Source: a bacterium (GTDB lineage: Bacteria; Electryoneota; Electryoneia; Electryoneales; Electryoneaceae). From it: 64,000 nucleotides of DNA. Made by a program: the position numbers and the translations under genes. The stretch lies in NCBI GenBank assembly GCA_963669175.1, contig OY769902.1, forward strand, positions 841,348-905,347. Reading direction: 5' to 3'. Shown one piece after another: positions 29,801-39,760 of this stretch (position 1 is the first letter of the stretch; each line of letters opens with the position of its first letter). The notes beneath the pieces are model-generated. The model was not told where the DNA came from and ran no database searches. It was given only the letters and a program-made list of their open reading frames with translations.

Positions 29801-29839
29801 TAACAGGAAAAACCATATTCTATGCAAGAATGTAGCCAT
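26807..29839 (-). CDS. sensor protein with periplasmic beta-propeller/Y_Y_Y module, TM helix and HisKA (DHp) domain but no HATPase_c domain
   Basis: 1010 aa. Two-component-regulator-propeller-like repeats; TM FIFVGIVVVFFVLLF; H-box IAHEFNNPLAII. ORF ends ~80 aa later with no N/G1/G2 boxes. Confidence 0.7.
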   Translation of the reverse strand: MATFLHRIWFFLLVAILPGMASASSPSASYSYPIFSFSEDETPNIGDVLGMMQDSRGIIWFWGNEGVSFYDGIQFEKLTVRDGLPDNYVYKVVEYSPTKMYFCTFRGLRLYDFTTGNLSEPIPLQDRTIRDIIRVDDVTLLATNAGVLASYKEHTHYIAFYDSTRQEHMETMAHALARNPSENVVWAATERHGLFRIDVDSLKCLLDINESVEKHELCPHYDSLVFKPYHFPHPDDCRPIALSAYRISESERRLELWNSAVKNIPTEFMATGLKEFRDLAISENGTIYAWNHHVIYQLVDGNMKISPMAKRLGTTVLNQIILLPGNKLFLLTESGVFQQQDEEWNLLDHSRGLPSNVILTGMIDHSGTLWLVDGNGLISRLTTTLLDVYSENDFPALHNISNSIALPDGGLIFSGELGITLFQDGKLRVISEALSNEQLVRAFALDRNNNVLISTINRLYLLTIADGKMRPLTPVLPPHPGRFYISTAPDGSLVTALSGKLYRWDGKILRVLAEESVWFSYPLTILATEDNSVFISGWVYTVRIKDGHFWVYGDAERRFGTMDKFSRHTLREDYLAATWLPYDMHLREPAAVCSEIGPDGAYWFGTFAAGLMRIATDSSEIANGDSVQVFDHRDGLPDDNVQSAFRHPNGDLYFIFDTGIVKITKDSLEVLRDPTPEDATTFQLYQDETGNSFYATSHGLFITCDSLQILLNRYFGLPETRINEMVVMQDERLAVVQPNGFFIFNTNKLISSLLPGDMPFVASIYSDSTRIPVSEFVSLPLGKRRIEINLGFPDFLNPGRNRYSWRLSGLDDHFRIPTHRNHVFYTNLTPGKHEFQVNAWNGLGQKRVMLTPIILVVPAYFYETSAFFIFVGIVVVFFVLLFIRWRITQARKKQQRELEIEMARLKTAHQLAATIAHEFNNPLAIIKGASDLYNMPQASEDVRERMIQRIPAQVERMKNLVNTLLKLREIKEINYVEGIRILDLNVFLDSAGNPVSAQTEQTFNQHTDTT

Positions 29840-29875
29840 CCAATCAACCTGTCAAAGCAATATGGTAAACTTCTT

Positions 29876-31228
29876 CTAGCGAAGGCCTGGTTTTATTTGC
29901 TGCCTGGCACGCGGACTGGAAATACGATAAGGGGCAACTTTGTTTTTGTCCAGTTCTATAACTGCCAGGATAAAACCGATAACAATGGTAACATCCTTTG
30001 AAGCATACCCACTGGTAGCCAGCAAATACGTGCCATATTGCAGCAGTAACAGTTTTGCAGCCAAGTTGAAGATTTTATAGTTGCTCGTTCGTAACAGTTG
30101 CAGCCCCAACGCTATCCAACTTCCGCCATACAACAAAAACGCCAATAGCCCCCAGTTAATCCAGACTTGAATAAAGCTGTTATGGGCAACAGACCCCTTT
30201 TCACCCTTACCCGTTTTATCATACTTGGTGCCAACAAACCATGCAGCGTGAAAATTCCCTTCACCAACCCCCAGGAGTGCGTACTCAGAAAATTGTTCTA
30301 AAGCAGCCGCATAGACACGTTCACGTGAATCCTGTTCCAATTCCTTATCAATAATACTGAATGTCCACCGAGACGTTACAATATCAGCAGCGTAATAACT
30401 GATGCCAATAATGGCAATAGAAGCATAGACAAAAATCTTAAAACTACTCCCAAAACCAAATTTAAAACTGAAGTAAATTATCAAGCTACCGCCAAGAAGC
30501 ATGATAATATATGCTGTACGCGATACGGTCAGAATCAATGAGATACTCGATATAAAAAGAGCTACGTATAGAAACCATTTGGGATAATATTTTTTTCCAA
30601 AAATAAGCATGATCAATATCATAGACACAGACAATGCATGAAGTACGCCATTATAGTTCCAGTTTAATCTAACAAACATCAAAGAATCAACACTTGTTCT
30701 TACATAATCAACATTACTCTTGCCAAACAAACCGATAGATGTGAAAGAATAGTTAGAACCATAGATAATGGAACGTATTATAAAAAAGAACATGAAGTAT
30801 TTCAAAGCCCTGTAACTGTGTGCCACGGAAGCAATCGAAGCAGCCCCAAACACCGTAAAGAAAAGATTGAATACACGTAAATAATAGGAATATGGATGAT
30901 AAAACTCATTAGCCATAGAATAAACAAACAACAACAACATCAAAACCAAAGAAGTGTTTGTAATATATCGCATAAATATATGATATTTAAAAGATATGGC
31001 ATAAACACCAAGAATTACAAATAAATAAAACAATATAGTTCTTCCAAACAGCATATATTGATTGAGCGTGTCTGAAGCTGGCGAGAAAATAACAATTAAC
31101 CCTAACAGAACCATATCAAACGTGAAATTGCTCGAAACATTCTTTGATGAAGCATCAAGAAGCCGATAATCAGAAAAGAAAACGGTTTGGTGTTTACTTA
31201 AAAGCATATTTTTAGGCGAAACGCGCAT
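29876..31228 (-). CDS. O-antigen ligase/polymerase-like (Wzy/WaaL-type) polytopic membrane protein, AT-rich
   Basis: 450 aa with at least 10 predicted TM helices and a large loop. Local GC is markedly lower (roughly 33-45%) than neighbours (about 52%). Confidence 0.55.
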   Translation of the reverse strand: MRVSPKNMLLSKHQTVFFSDYRLLDASSKNVSSNFTFDMVLLGLIVIFSPASDTLNQYMLFGRTILFYLFVILGVYAISFKYHIFMRYITNTSLVLMLLLFVYSMANEFYHPYSYYLRVFNLFFTVFGAASIASVAHSYRALKYFMFFFIIRSIIYGSNYSFTSIGLFGKSNVDYVRTSVDSLMFVRLNWNYNGVLHALSVSMILIMLIFGKKYYPKWFLYVALFISSISLILTVSRTAYIIMLLGGSLIIYFSFKFGFGSSFKIFVYASIAIIGISYYAADIVTSRWTFSIIDKELEQDSRERVYAAALEQFSEYALLGVGEGNFHAAWFVGTKYDKTGKGEKGSVAHNSFIQVWINWGLLAFLLYGGSWIALGLQLLRTSNYKIFNLAAKLLLLQYGTYLLATSGYASKDVTIVIGFILAVIELDKNKVAPYRISSPRARQQIKPGLR

Positions 31229-31398
31229 CTAAAACACCTGTATAGTACAAAAAATCTTGAAAAGAATACACCGACGCACACTCCTCGAAAACCCATATCT
31301 GTTATACAGGTTGTCTTTCCGAGCAGCGCAAAGTACTCAAAATAGAAAAGATAAATCAATGCCGCAAAAAGGCAAGATAGTCCTCTTCTGGAGGGGTA

Positions 31399-32670
31399 TT
31401 ATTGATCCCAGCCACATCGCTGAACAATGAGCTCTGCCGGATGGAGCACTTTGATGTGATCGTAACCCCTGTTATGAAAACCTTCCTGAAGTTGCTGGCC
31501 ACACCCGGGACTGGCTGCAATAACAATACTAACACCCACCTCGATGAAGTGTTTCACTTTGCGTTGTGTCCATTGCTGGGCTTCTTCCGGGTAGAGGGCA
31601 GAAAAGGATCCCCCAAAACCACAACACAATTGGGATTCCTGTGATTCAACGATTCTGACACCTGGGAGACGTCCAATCAATTCACGCAGCTTTCCGTGCG
31701 CTTTTTGAGTGTGTGTCAAATGGCAGGCATCGTGAATCGTTACATCCAGCGGCAACTGTTTCGTTTCAGGAAAATGCGGGTCGAGGCGATCGACCAGCAA
31801 GCTGGGAAAATCCATTGTTTTCTGTGCAATTTCACGCGCTATGAACGCATAATCCTCATCCTCTTCGAGCAACGCGGGGATCTCATGCCGAAACGCTCCG
31901 CCGCAGGTTGCGTCTTCAGAGAGAATAAATGTCGGGTTCGCTTCCTGCAAAGCATCCAGGTTTCTTTTCGCCAATCGTCTCGCGGTTTCCCAGTCGCCGT
32001 TGTTGAAAGCGGGGGCGCCACAACAAACCTGTTCCCGGGGGATAACAACTTCCGCGCCCAATTGCTGCAAGACTTTCAAGGTAGCCAGCGCCGGTCCGGG
32101 AAGGACATAATTGGACATGCAGCCGAGGAAATACGCTACACGCATCCGTCGACGCCCCTCCGGCTCAACTGTTTCAGGCAAGCGTTTCAGCAGAGGGGTA
32201 GCCTGTAATTTCGGTACAGCCATTCCTCCTGCAACCATTTCGATGATTTTATTGCCACCGACCTTTTGTGTCATCGAACCCAGTTTCAGGGCTGTTTCAA
32301 TTTTCCCCGGGTTTTCAAGGGCGTTGAAGACACGCTGTTTTGTCTTTTCGATCCCAACAGAATCAGCAACAATCTTTCTTGCGGTAATGAACAACAGGTC
32401 GGTTTTCACGCCTGCGGGGCATGCTGTTTGACAAGCGTAACAGAGAGTACAGAAATCGAATGTATCCGGTCCGATGTCTTGAGGGGTGAGATCACCCGCC
32501 AGCAAACGTCGCAGCAGGATAATCCTGCCACGAGGGGAAAGCAGTTCACGTTCTGACAACTGGTATGTTGGACACACCGTGTGGCAGATGCCGCAAGTTA
32601 CGCAGCGATCAAGTTCTGCGTGCAGTTTGTACAAGTCCGGATAGTTTATCATGGCGACACTAATATACAA
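31399..32670 (-). CDS. (Fe-S)-binding oxidoreductase subunit, GlcF/GlpC-like (2x 4Fe-4S + two CCG domains)
   Basis: CVTCGICHTVCP and CTLCYACQTACP ferredoxin motifs. Two cysteine-rich CCG motifs (QVCCGAP, QLCCGFGG). Confidence 0.75.
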   Translation of the reverse strand: MYISVAMINYPDLYKLHAELDRCVTCGICHTVCPTYQLSERELLSPRGRIILLRRLLAGDLTPQDIGPDTFDFCTLCYACQTACPAGVKTDLLFITARKIVADSVGIEKTKQRVFNALENPGKIETALKLGSMTQKVGGNKIIEMVAGGMAVPKLQATPLLKRLPETVEPEGRRRMRVAYFLGCMSNYVLPGPALATLKVLQQLGAEVVIPREQVCCGAPAFNNGDWETARRLAKRNLDALQEANPTFILSEDATCGGAFRHEIPALLEEDEDYAFIAREIAQKTMDFPSLLVDRLDPHFPETKQLPLDVTIHDACHLTHTQKAHGKLRELIGRLPGVRIVESQESQLCCGFGGSFSALYPEEAQQWTQRKVKHFIEVGVSIVIAASPGCGQQLQEGFHNRGYDHIKVLHPAELIVQRCGWDQ

Positions 32671-32765
32671 CTACAAAGTACCGGCATGAAGAGTGAAAGG
32701 CAGGGAATTCAGAAAGAGGATCACTTCACGGATCCAGTATAATCAGGCAATAAAATCGACAAAAT

Positions 32766-33728
32766 TCATTGTTGCTGTACTGGCACATAAATCAGTTTTT
32801 CGAGCAGGCGACCGATAGCGTGAAGCGTTTCGCTGTTACATTGTTCTGCAGTGTCTGAATGTGAGTGCCTGTAGGGATAATCCTGATCCACAATTGCACA
32901 TGTTGGAATTCCACCTTTTACCAGGAAAGTGTGGGCTCCCAGTATCCGTTTCCCCATAGCAACCTGAAACCAGTCCGGTTCTGCGGCATGTGCAGCGACA
33001 AATACATTCGTTGTCCATTCCGGGTATTCGGTCAGGCACTGTTCTTCTTCCATGAACAGTGGAGATGCAGCGCCAACAGTATTCAGGGTGATTGTTCCAG
33101 AAGGGGCGCGTCCGGCGAAATGCGCCGCAAAGAATTCACTTCCTTTACACCAGCCTTCATAAGAACTGTCAACACCGGATTCTTCCAGGTCAAAAACAAC
33201 CAGGTCAACTCGAATTGGTGGTGGCTCGATTGCGAAAACACGGGCCAGTTCAAGCAGAATTGCCACGCCGGAAGTATTGCCGTTGGCGCCGGGGCATGGC
33301 TGATCCGAATAGTTGATATCAATTCCACTGCACCAGGAGCGCGTGTCGTAATTGGCGCAAAGCATCAGTTCGGCTTTGGCTCGTCTGGGACCAAACTGGG
33401 CAATAAGATTGATGCCTTTCTGCTTCCGGGTTTTTCCTTTTCCAAGAGGATCTGTGGGCAGTTTGGCATGGAAAACCTGCTGACGAACCTCAGCGCCACA
33501 CTGCCTGAACCAGCCTTCGATATTTTCTCTGGCTTTTTCGTGTGCCTCGCTGCCGGGGTAACGTGGACCAAGCTCCACCAGCTTGTAGAGGAAATAAAAC
33601 GCCTGTGCGCCATCAAATATTGGTTCGCGTGGCTGAAGGTTCTTCTCTGGTTGGGCGCACACGATGGAATTTGCAGCGGCAAGAACAATTACAACTGCGC
33701 TTGAAGTGTAGATGTACCGTCGAAACAT
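32766..33728 (-). CDS. M28 family metallopeptidase (aminopeptidase)
   Basis: Signal peptide. GANGNTSGVAILLELARV zinc-ligand motif of peptidase M28. Confidence 0.75.
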   Translation of the reverse strand: MFRRYIYTSSAVVIVLAAANSIVCAQPEKNLQPREPIFDGAQAFYFLYKLVELGPRYPGSEAHEKARENIEGWFRQCGAEVRQQVFHAKLPTDPLGKGKTRKQKGINLIAQFGPRRAKAELMLCANYDTRSWCSGIDINYSDQPCPGANGNTSGVAILLELARVFAIEPPPIRVDLVVFDLEESGVDSSYEGWCKGSEFFAAHFAGRAPSGTITLNTVGAASPLFMEEEQCLTEYPEWTTNVFVAAHAAEPDWFQVAMGKRILGAHTFLVKGGIPTCAIVDQDYPYRHSHSDTAEQCNSETLHAIGRLLEKLIYVPVQQQ

Positions 33729-33729
33729 G

Positions 33730-33954
33730 TCACTCTTTATTGTGCTTCTTCATGATTGCCTGCCAGGCAGACTCGTCAAGTTGCTCGGATTCATCGATCA
33801 ACATTACAGGAATGCCGTCTTCTATGCGGTACATGCGACGGGAATGCGGATCTGTAGAAACCAGTGTATCACCGTCCAGCACCAGGGACGCTTTTGTCTC
33901 CGGGCAGACAAGTATATTCAGCAATTCTTTGTTGAAAGGCATTTTTCTCTCCAT
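33730..33954 (-). CDS. Trm112 family protein (UPF0434)
   Basis: LLNILVCPETKASL...DGIPVMLIDE. Start likely the internal ATG (MERKMPF). ORF extends to 34002. Confidence 0.65.
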   Translation of the reverse strand: MERKMPFNKELLNILVCPETKASLVLDGDTLVSTDPHSRRMYRIEDGIPVMLIDESEQLDESAWQAIMKKHNKE

Positions 33955-34140
33955 GATCGTGGTTGCACAGAGGAGTGTAGGTAGGAAATCGAAATTTCGC
34001 AAGCGGAAACAGGGGCAATGCTGATTCGACTCATGAATCGATCCACAAGAATGACAAAAAACGGTTTACATCGTTATCAATGCCACTTAGCTTATGTTAC
34101 GGAGCCGAAGACCGGAAGGCGTATTCGCTGGGAGGATAAG

Positions 34141-35556
34141 ATGAATTCCATGGACAGATTTTTCGTTATAACGGGGCTACTCCTCATGGGAGCCTGTTCG
34201 GCGTTCGGGCAACTTTCCTATCCGGAAAGCGCGGTTTATGATGGGCTTTACAATCGATACCTGGTGTCCAATGTGGGCAACAATACCATTTACCAGATTC
34301 AACCGCAGGGTGAAGACAGTGTCTGGGTGAGTGAAGGATTAACCCAGCCAAAAGGAATGGTTATTGAAAACGGGATTGTTTATGTCACCAATGTGACCGT
34401 AGTAAAAGGCTTTAACCTGAATACCGGCGAAGAGGTTTTCTCGCTGACAATCGAAGACGCAGAAGCGCTCAACGATATCGAAAGTGATGGCGGCTATTTA
34501 TACGTATCCGATTTCACTGCGAACGTAATATTTCGGATCGACATCGAAGAAGAAACCGTAGAGACATGGGCTGCGAACGATCTGGATACCCCAAATGGCC
34601 TCCTGATTGACCCTGTATACGGAAGGCTTCTGATTGTGTCATTCCGCGATGATTCGCCAATTCAAGCTGCCGACCTGGAGACAGGAGTTGTGTCGGATGT
34701 TTTACCAACGACCGGGTTCGACAATTTTGATGGGATGGCGCGTGATGGCGAGTACAATGTGTACATCTCCTGTTGGGGTACAGGATCTGTTTACCGGTAT
34801 GACGACGAATTCACCATGGACCCGGTAACCATCTCGGAAGGTCACGATGGCCCTGCCGATATCTGTTTCAATATTCCGGACAATTACCTTGTCATTCCAA
34901 ACTTGAACGAAAATACTGTTTCCTTTGTCTATATGGGCCCTCCCGGTGTGATTTCCATTCCAGAAAACGGGTATGATTTCGGCCAGGTTGAACTGGGTGA
35001 TTCTGCTTCGTGGATGATGGAAATCGAGAACCATGGTGAAGGTGTACTGGTGGTACGTGAAGTTGAAAGCTCGATCCCCGAAGTATTTTATACAGTTCCC
35101 TTTGATTCGTTTGTGATTGCTGCGGGCGGCAACGAGTATCTCGAGATTCGTTTTCGACCGCAGGTTACCGAGGGAAGACTGGCTGTTCTGGATATCTCTT
35201 CCAGCGATCCGGAAACACCTGTCGTGAACGTCATGGTACAGGGAAGCGGTATCGATACTGACGTTCCTGATACCCGAAAAGGAATACCGGACTCATACCG
35301 GGTCAGCAGTTTATATCCGAACCCTTTCAACCCCGAAACAACATTGGAAATAAGTTTGCCTGGCAAAACCCGGGTTCACGTGGAGCTGTTTGATGTACTT
35401 GGGCGACGAATAAAAACACTCGCTGCGGCACAGATGGAGGCAGGATATCACCAGGTTCACTTTGATGGATCGAACCTGGCAACAGGGATATACCTAATTC
35501 GTGTTTCTGCCCTAGGTTATGGCACGATTACTCGTAAGGCTACACTTGTTAAATAG
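34141..35556 (+). CDS. secreted beta-propeller (SMP-30/NHL-like) protein with T9SS C-terminal sorting domain
   Basis: GGAGGA RBS then ATG 34141. Signal peptide. C-terminal YPNPFNPETTLEISLP...GIYLIRVSALG...KATLVK, typical of the Por secretion CTD. Confidence 0.7.
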   Translation: MNSMDRFFVITGLLLMGACSAFGQLSYPESAVYDGLYNRYLVSNVGNNTIYQIQPQGEDSVWVSEGLTQPKGMVIENGIVYVTNVTVVKGFNLNTGEEVFSLTIEDAEALNDIESDGGYLYVSDFTANVIFRIDIEEETVETWAANDLDTPNGLLIDPVYGRLLIVSFRDDSPIQAADLETGVVSDVLPTTGFDNFDGMARDGEYNVYISCWGTGSVYRYDDEFTMDPVTISEGHDGPADICFNIPDNYLVIPNLNENTVSFVYMGPPGVISIPENGYDFGQVELGDSASWMMEIENHGEGVLVVREVESSIPEVFYTVPFDSFVIAAGGNEYLEIRFRPQVTEGRLAVLDISSSDPETPVVNVMVQGSGIDTDVPDTRKGIPDSYRVSSLYPNPFNPETTLEISLPGKTRVHVELFDVLGRRIKTLAAAQMEAGYHQVHFDGSNLATGIYLIRVSALGYGTITRKATLVK

Positions 35557-35627
35557 GGTATAATGATTTGCTGTTCAGGTTAAACAACTTTGTTCTGTGA
35601 AAAGAAGATGGCTGATTGGCAATACAG

Positions 35628-35658
35628 CAAAACAGAGGTGCAAAGCCTCTGTTTTTTT
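35628..35658 (+). terminator. rho-independent terminator
   Basis: CAGAGGTGCAAAGCCTCTG followed by TTTTTTTAT. Confidence 0.6.
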
Positions 35659-35757
35659 ATTTGTATTCGTTTTGACCGTTTGAAAGCAAAACTTCATGGG
35701 ACACATTCTCTGTACTTGCGATATTCTGGTCGGGAATGTGCAACATGAGGAGAACGT

Positions 35758-37848
35758 GTGATGGGACAACTTTACAATGACGGCGGCAAATTCAGTTGGT
35801 GGGCCAGCCTGAGCGTCCGGTTTAAATTACTGGGATTTGCGGCGCTGGTTGTTTCTTTATTGATCATTATCAACACGGTCATGTTCGTAAATATCTTCAG
35901 AAGCAACTCTATTACGACTCTGGTGCAAAAAGCTTCTGCCTTTACCGCATCCAGTGTTTCAACCATGAACCACGTGTCCACACTTCAGAAAACAGCCTCG
36001 TTTGACGAAGCATCCCTGGTTCAGGAAGCCGGCGAGATCCTCGCAGAGGGTGGCGACTATACCACAGCCCGTTTTTTCAAAACCATCCCGGTTGTCGCAG
36101 CCTGGCTTTCTACAGAAGCAGCGGCCAACATGGAAGGTATCGAATTCCAGGTGGCCTCTTTTAATGCACGAAATCCAGCCAACGACCCCAGAAACGATCC
36201 TGATACTAAAACAGGGGAATTTCGTGCTGCCCGGCTTACCGAAATGGAATCAGCAAATGGCGAGTCTGTCTGGGGTATAAACAAGAACAACAACTCCATC
36301 CATTTCTTTCGTCCGATTCACTTGAACGAAACCTGCATGATGTGCCATGGCGATCCCGGAACCAGCCCCAACGGCGATGGCACAGATCTCCTTGGCTTCA
36401 AGATGGAAAACTGGCGACCAGGTCAGCTTCACGGCGCGTTTGAAGTTGTCATGCCCCTGGATGAGACTGATGCTGCTGTGGCGGGATTCACGATCAAAAA
36501 TATTGCCTTGAATCTTCTTATCGGCGTAATCATGTTTGCTATTCTCGGGCTGATGATCAAACGGTCCGTTCTCGTACCATTACAGAGACTGGGGGCCGAT
36601 GCCGATGCAATTGCTGCGGGAAAACTGAACCACGAAGTAGTTGTTACCAGCTCAGATGAAATCGGCAAACTGGGATTTACATTTAAACAGATGGCCGGTG
36701 ATTTGCGTGTCATGATAGGCGAAATCCTGAATGTCAGCGGCCGTATCGGGAACACGTCCAATACACTGTCCGGCATCTCTGCTACCACAGCATCCAGCGC
36801 AGAAGAGATGAATTCACAGGCACAAACAGTCGCTTCTGCCGCAGAACAGATTTCAACAAATGTCACCACAATCGCAGCGTCAGCAGAAGAAAGCAGCTCA
36901 CTGGCCGAAAACATCACCCGGATGACACAATCCATGTCATCTTCCATGTATACCATTGCCGGCAATGTCGGCGAAACTTCGGCTGGATTAACAAATGTTG
37001 CTAATTCTATTGATGAGGTAACCAGTGGTGTCCAGAGCATTGCTACTTCGATAGAAGAGTTAAGTGCATCAACACGTGAAGTCGAGAGTAACACCTCGAA
37101 AGCAAATATCATAGCAACTGATGCCAACCAGCGTAGTCATTATGCTGCGGATACCCTTGGCAAGTTTGATACGGTTGTCAAAGAAGTCGCAAAAATTGTT
37201 GACACCATCAAGCATATCGCGGACCAGACCAATATGCTGGCGCTCAATGCCACTATCGAAGCCGCCGGCGCCGGTGAGGCCGGGAAAGGATTTGCTGTGG
37301 TGGCCGCAGAGGTGAAGGAACTGGCACACCAGAGTGCGGAAGCGGCGGACATGATCAATGATAAAATTACCGCTATGCTCAGTACAAAAGATGATGTTGA
37401 TGCTTCGATAGACCAGGTGGCTGAAATTATTCGGAACCTGGCAGAAATCAACCAGTTTATCGCCGGGGCGACCACTGAACAGTACAGGACGGTTCAGGAA
37501 ACCGCGGAAATCGTGAGCCGAGTATCACATAATGCCGGGACGGTTACAAACCTCTCGCAGAACATGTCCGAAAAGGTAGCTTCTATTGCGAAATCCTCGA
37601 ATGAAACATCAGCGACAGTCGAGGAAGTAGCCAGCAACATCAATGAAGCCCTGGTTGCCATGAAAGACATTGCCCATATGATTAATGAAGCGGCTTCGGG
37701 GGTTGGCGACGTTACCCAGAATGTTCAGGGCATGAGCATGGCAACAGGAGAAATTGCCGAGGGTGCAAGCAGAACCAAAGCCTCGGTTGATGAACTGAAT
37801 ACACTTGCTGCCAACCTTCAAAAACAGGTCAGCTCATTCCAGTTGTAA
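35758..37848 (+). CDS. methyl-accepting chemotaxis protein with periplasmic c-type haem (CxxCH) sensor domain, HAMP and MCP signalling domain
   Basis: 696 aa. TM1; periplasmic domain containing [16 protein letters not shown] (CxxCH); TM2; HAMP; long coiled-coil MCP signal domain (...[22 protein letters not shown]...). Confidence 0.8.
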   Translation: MMGQLYNDGGKFSWWASLSVRFKLLGFAALVVSLLIIINTVMFVNIFRSNSITTLVQKASAFTASSVSTMNHVSTLQKTASFDEASLVQEAGEILAEGGDYTTARFFKTIPVVAAWLSTEAAANMEGIEFQVASFNARNPANDPRNDPDTKTGEFRAARLTEMESANGESVWGINKNNNSIHFFRPIHLNETCMMCHGDPGTSPNGDGTDLLGFKMENWRPGQLHGAFEVVMPLDETDAAVAGFTIKNIALNLLIGVIMFAILGLMIKRSVLVPLQRLGADADAIAAGKLNHEVVVTSSDEIGKLGFTFKQMAGDLRVMIGEILNVSGRIGNTSNTLSGISATTASSAEEMNSQAQTVASAAEQISTNVTTIAASAEESSSLAENITRMTQSMSSSMYTIAGNVGETSAGLTNVANSIDEVTSGVQSIATSIEELSASTREVESNTSKANIIATDANQRSHYAADTLGKFDTVVKEVAKIVDTIKHIADQTNMLALNATIEAAGAGEAGKGFAVVAAEVKELAHQSAEAADMINDKITAMLSTKDDVDASIDQVAEIIRNLAEINQFIAGATTEQYRTVQETAEIVSRVSHNAGTVTNLSQNMSEKVASIAKSSNETSATVEEVASNINEALVAMKDIAHMINEAASGVGDVTQNVQGMSMATGEIAEGASRTKASVDELNTLAANLQKQVSSFQL

Positions 37849-37875
37849 TTGTGAAAGCACAAAGGATTTCTACAC

Positions 37876-37900
37876 GCGGCCCTGTTTCGGGCCGTTTTTT
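37876..37900 (+). terminator. rho-independent terminator
   Basis: CGGCCCTGTTTCGGGCCG followed by TTTTTT. Confidence 0.6.
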
Positions 37901-38145
37901 AGCGCTTCTGTATTCAAAGTAACAAATTGATAACCATAGCTTCGGAAGGCGAAAATAGGGACGGAATCGCAAAAGTCAGCCCATATTTCTTCTTTCGTGA
38001 AATCCCACGTTACTGTTAAAACATCTTTTGTCAAGCAGAAGTAGAACTTCTGAATACTTTCACTGTTTCAACTCCGCCGGCAAGCATGCGCGAGAGCCAA
38101 AAACCAATGTGTCAGAGATCAACTATATAGTTGGAAAAAGAGATG

Positions 38146-38275
38146 GCAAAAAGGGACAGTTTCCTTTTCTATGAATACTTCGGGAATATTCTACATAAGC
38201 GCGAGGAAAAGGATCCCGTCCCCTTTTCCCGGCAATCTCTATTATGTCGTAATAAAATCGAGAACAGCCTTACAA
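38146..38275 (+). repeat. solo remnant of IS110-element 5' leader (about 130 bp)
   Basis: About 85% identical to 3111-3240 and 45180-45310 (AAAGGGACAGTTTCCTTTTC...GCGCGAGGAAAAGGATCCCGTCCCCTTTTCCCGGCAATCTCTATTATG). No transposase follows. Confidence 0.55.
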
Positions 38276-38428
38276 GAACTGTTTTCATCAATACTCATTT
38301 TGTCCCTGGTGAATCGTGTTTGTTGGAAAGTTGACTTGGCATAAGACGTCAAGTTCAATAAAATGAGATATGTCCTGCTTGATAGTACTCGACAAGTGGA
38401 ACCATTCACTTCATGAGGGAGGGGTGAT

Positions 38429-39667
38429 ATGCACATTCGAAAGCTGTGTTTGGTAACGGTAGTATTGTTTTTGGTCAGGGTGTATCCGTTGTTCGGTATC
38501 GAGTTAATCGGTTATATCGACACTCCGGGTGAAGCCAGGGATGTGGCATGTACGGGTGACTACGCTTATGTCGCCTCAGCATACAGCCACCTTGTGATTT
38601 TATCCATTTCCGATCCGGCCAACCCCACAGAAATTGGTTCAATTAACCCCGGGGCATCGACAAAGGGTGTTACTGTTTTGGGAGACTATCTTTACACTTC
38701 AAATTGGATCGGTGGCTTATCTGTAATGTCGATTTCCGATCCGGCTAACCCACAATTCATGGGAACCTATGATACAGGGGATGATGCTCAGTCCGCTGTC
38801 ATCAGGGGTAATTACGCCTATGTCGCAGATGGATCAGATGGGATGGTAGTTGTTTCCATAGAAGATCCCGCCAATCCATCACTGGTGTCGAATTATGCGT
38901 ATGATGGTGACACACGTGAGGTTGCCCTGTCTGGAGAATATGCGTATTTGGCGCAGGGGTCATATGGGTTGCGTGTTGTGTCCATTGCTGATCCGGCCGA
39001 TTTGACAGAAGTGGGTTCATTTGAAACATCGCGTGGCGAAGCTATCGCTGTATCTGGGGATTACGCCCTGATGCCGAGCCGAGAAAACGGGTTTTATATA
39101 CTATCCCTGGCAGACCCGACTACCCCGGAAGAGCTGGGACATGTCATGCTGTCGAACAATGCTGTTGATGTTGCTGTTTCGGGAACCAATGCTTTTGTAG
39201 CGGCACGTGAAAACGGCCTGTATATCATTTCATTCGCCGACCCAACCAACCCGGTTGTCGTGGATTCATTTAATACCGATGGTACGACAATAGGCGTATA
39301 TCTCTATAACGACATGGTGTTCCTGTCTGATTATACCAATGGTGTTGTTATCCTGGATGCTTCAGACTACACCAACACACCTGAGCAGGAACCTCCTGTG
39401 CTTACCGGTTGGGAGTTATCTCCTGCCTATCCAAATCCATTCAACGCAACCACTCGTTTATCCTATACCATTCCAACTGCGACAGAAATCATGTTTGATG
39501 TGTACAACACAAATGGCCGCTTGATTTCCAGAAACGTGCAAGGAGTCCAAACTGCAGGAAGACATGAATTGGTGTGGCACGCAACTGGTCTTGCAAGCGG
39601 CACATATCTGTTACGTGTCAACGCTGGTGGATTTACTCAAACAAGAAGAGTTGTCCTGATGAAATAA
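38429..39667 (+). CDS. LVIVD-repeat beta-propeller protein with T9SS C-terminal sorting domain
   Basis: Signal peptide. Repeated GDYAYVA..G..V.SI.DPANP units. C-terminal AYPNPFNATTRLSYTIP...GTYLLRVNAGG...RVVLMK. Confidence 0.75.
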   Translation: MHIRKLCLVTVVLFLVRVYPLFGIELIGYIDTPGEARDVACTGDYAYVASAYSHLVILSISDPANPTEIGSINPGASTKGVTVLGDYLYTSNWIGGLSVMSISDPANPQFMGTYDTGDDAQSAVIRGNYAYVADGSDGMVVVSIEDPANPSLVSNYAYDGDTREVALSGEYAYLAQGSYGLRVVSIADPADLTEVGSFETSRGEAIAVSGDYALMPSRENGFYILSLADPTTPEELGHVMLSNNAVDVAVSGTNAFVAARENGLYIISFADPTNPVVVDSFNTDGTTIGVYLYNDMVFLSDYTNGVVILDASDYTNTPEQEPPVLTGWELSPAYPNPFNATTRLSYTIPTATEIMFDVYNTNGRLISRNVQGVQTAGRHELVWHATGLASGTYLLRVNAGGFTQTRRVVLMK

Positions 39668-39686
39668 GCGGTGTTGATGGAGATAT

Positions 39687-39740
39687 CGGGACGGGCAGAA
39701 ATTCCTAACCTTGAAACATCTGTCTGTCCCGTTTTTTTTT
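39687..39740 (+). terminator. rho-independent terminator
   Basis: CGGGACGGGCAG...CTGTCTGTCCCG followed by a T9 run. Confidence 0.6.
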
Positions 39741-39760
39741 GTATGTATTATGCTCACCAA

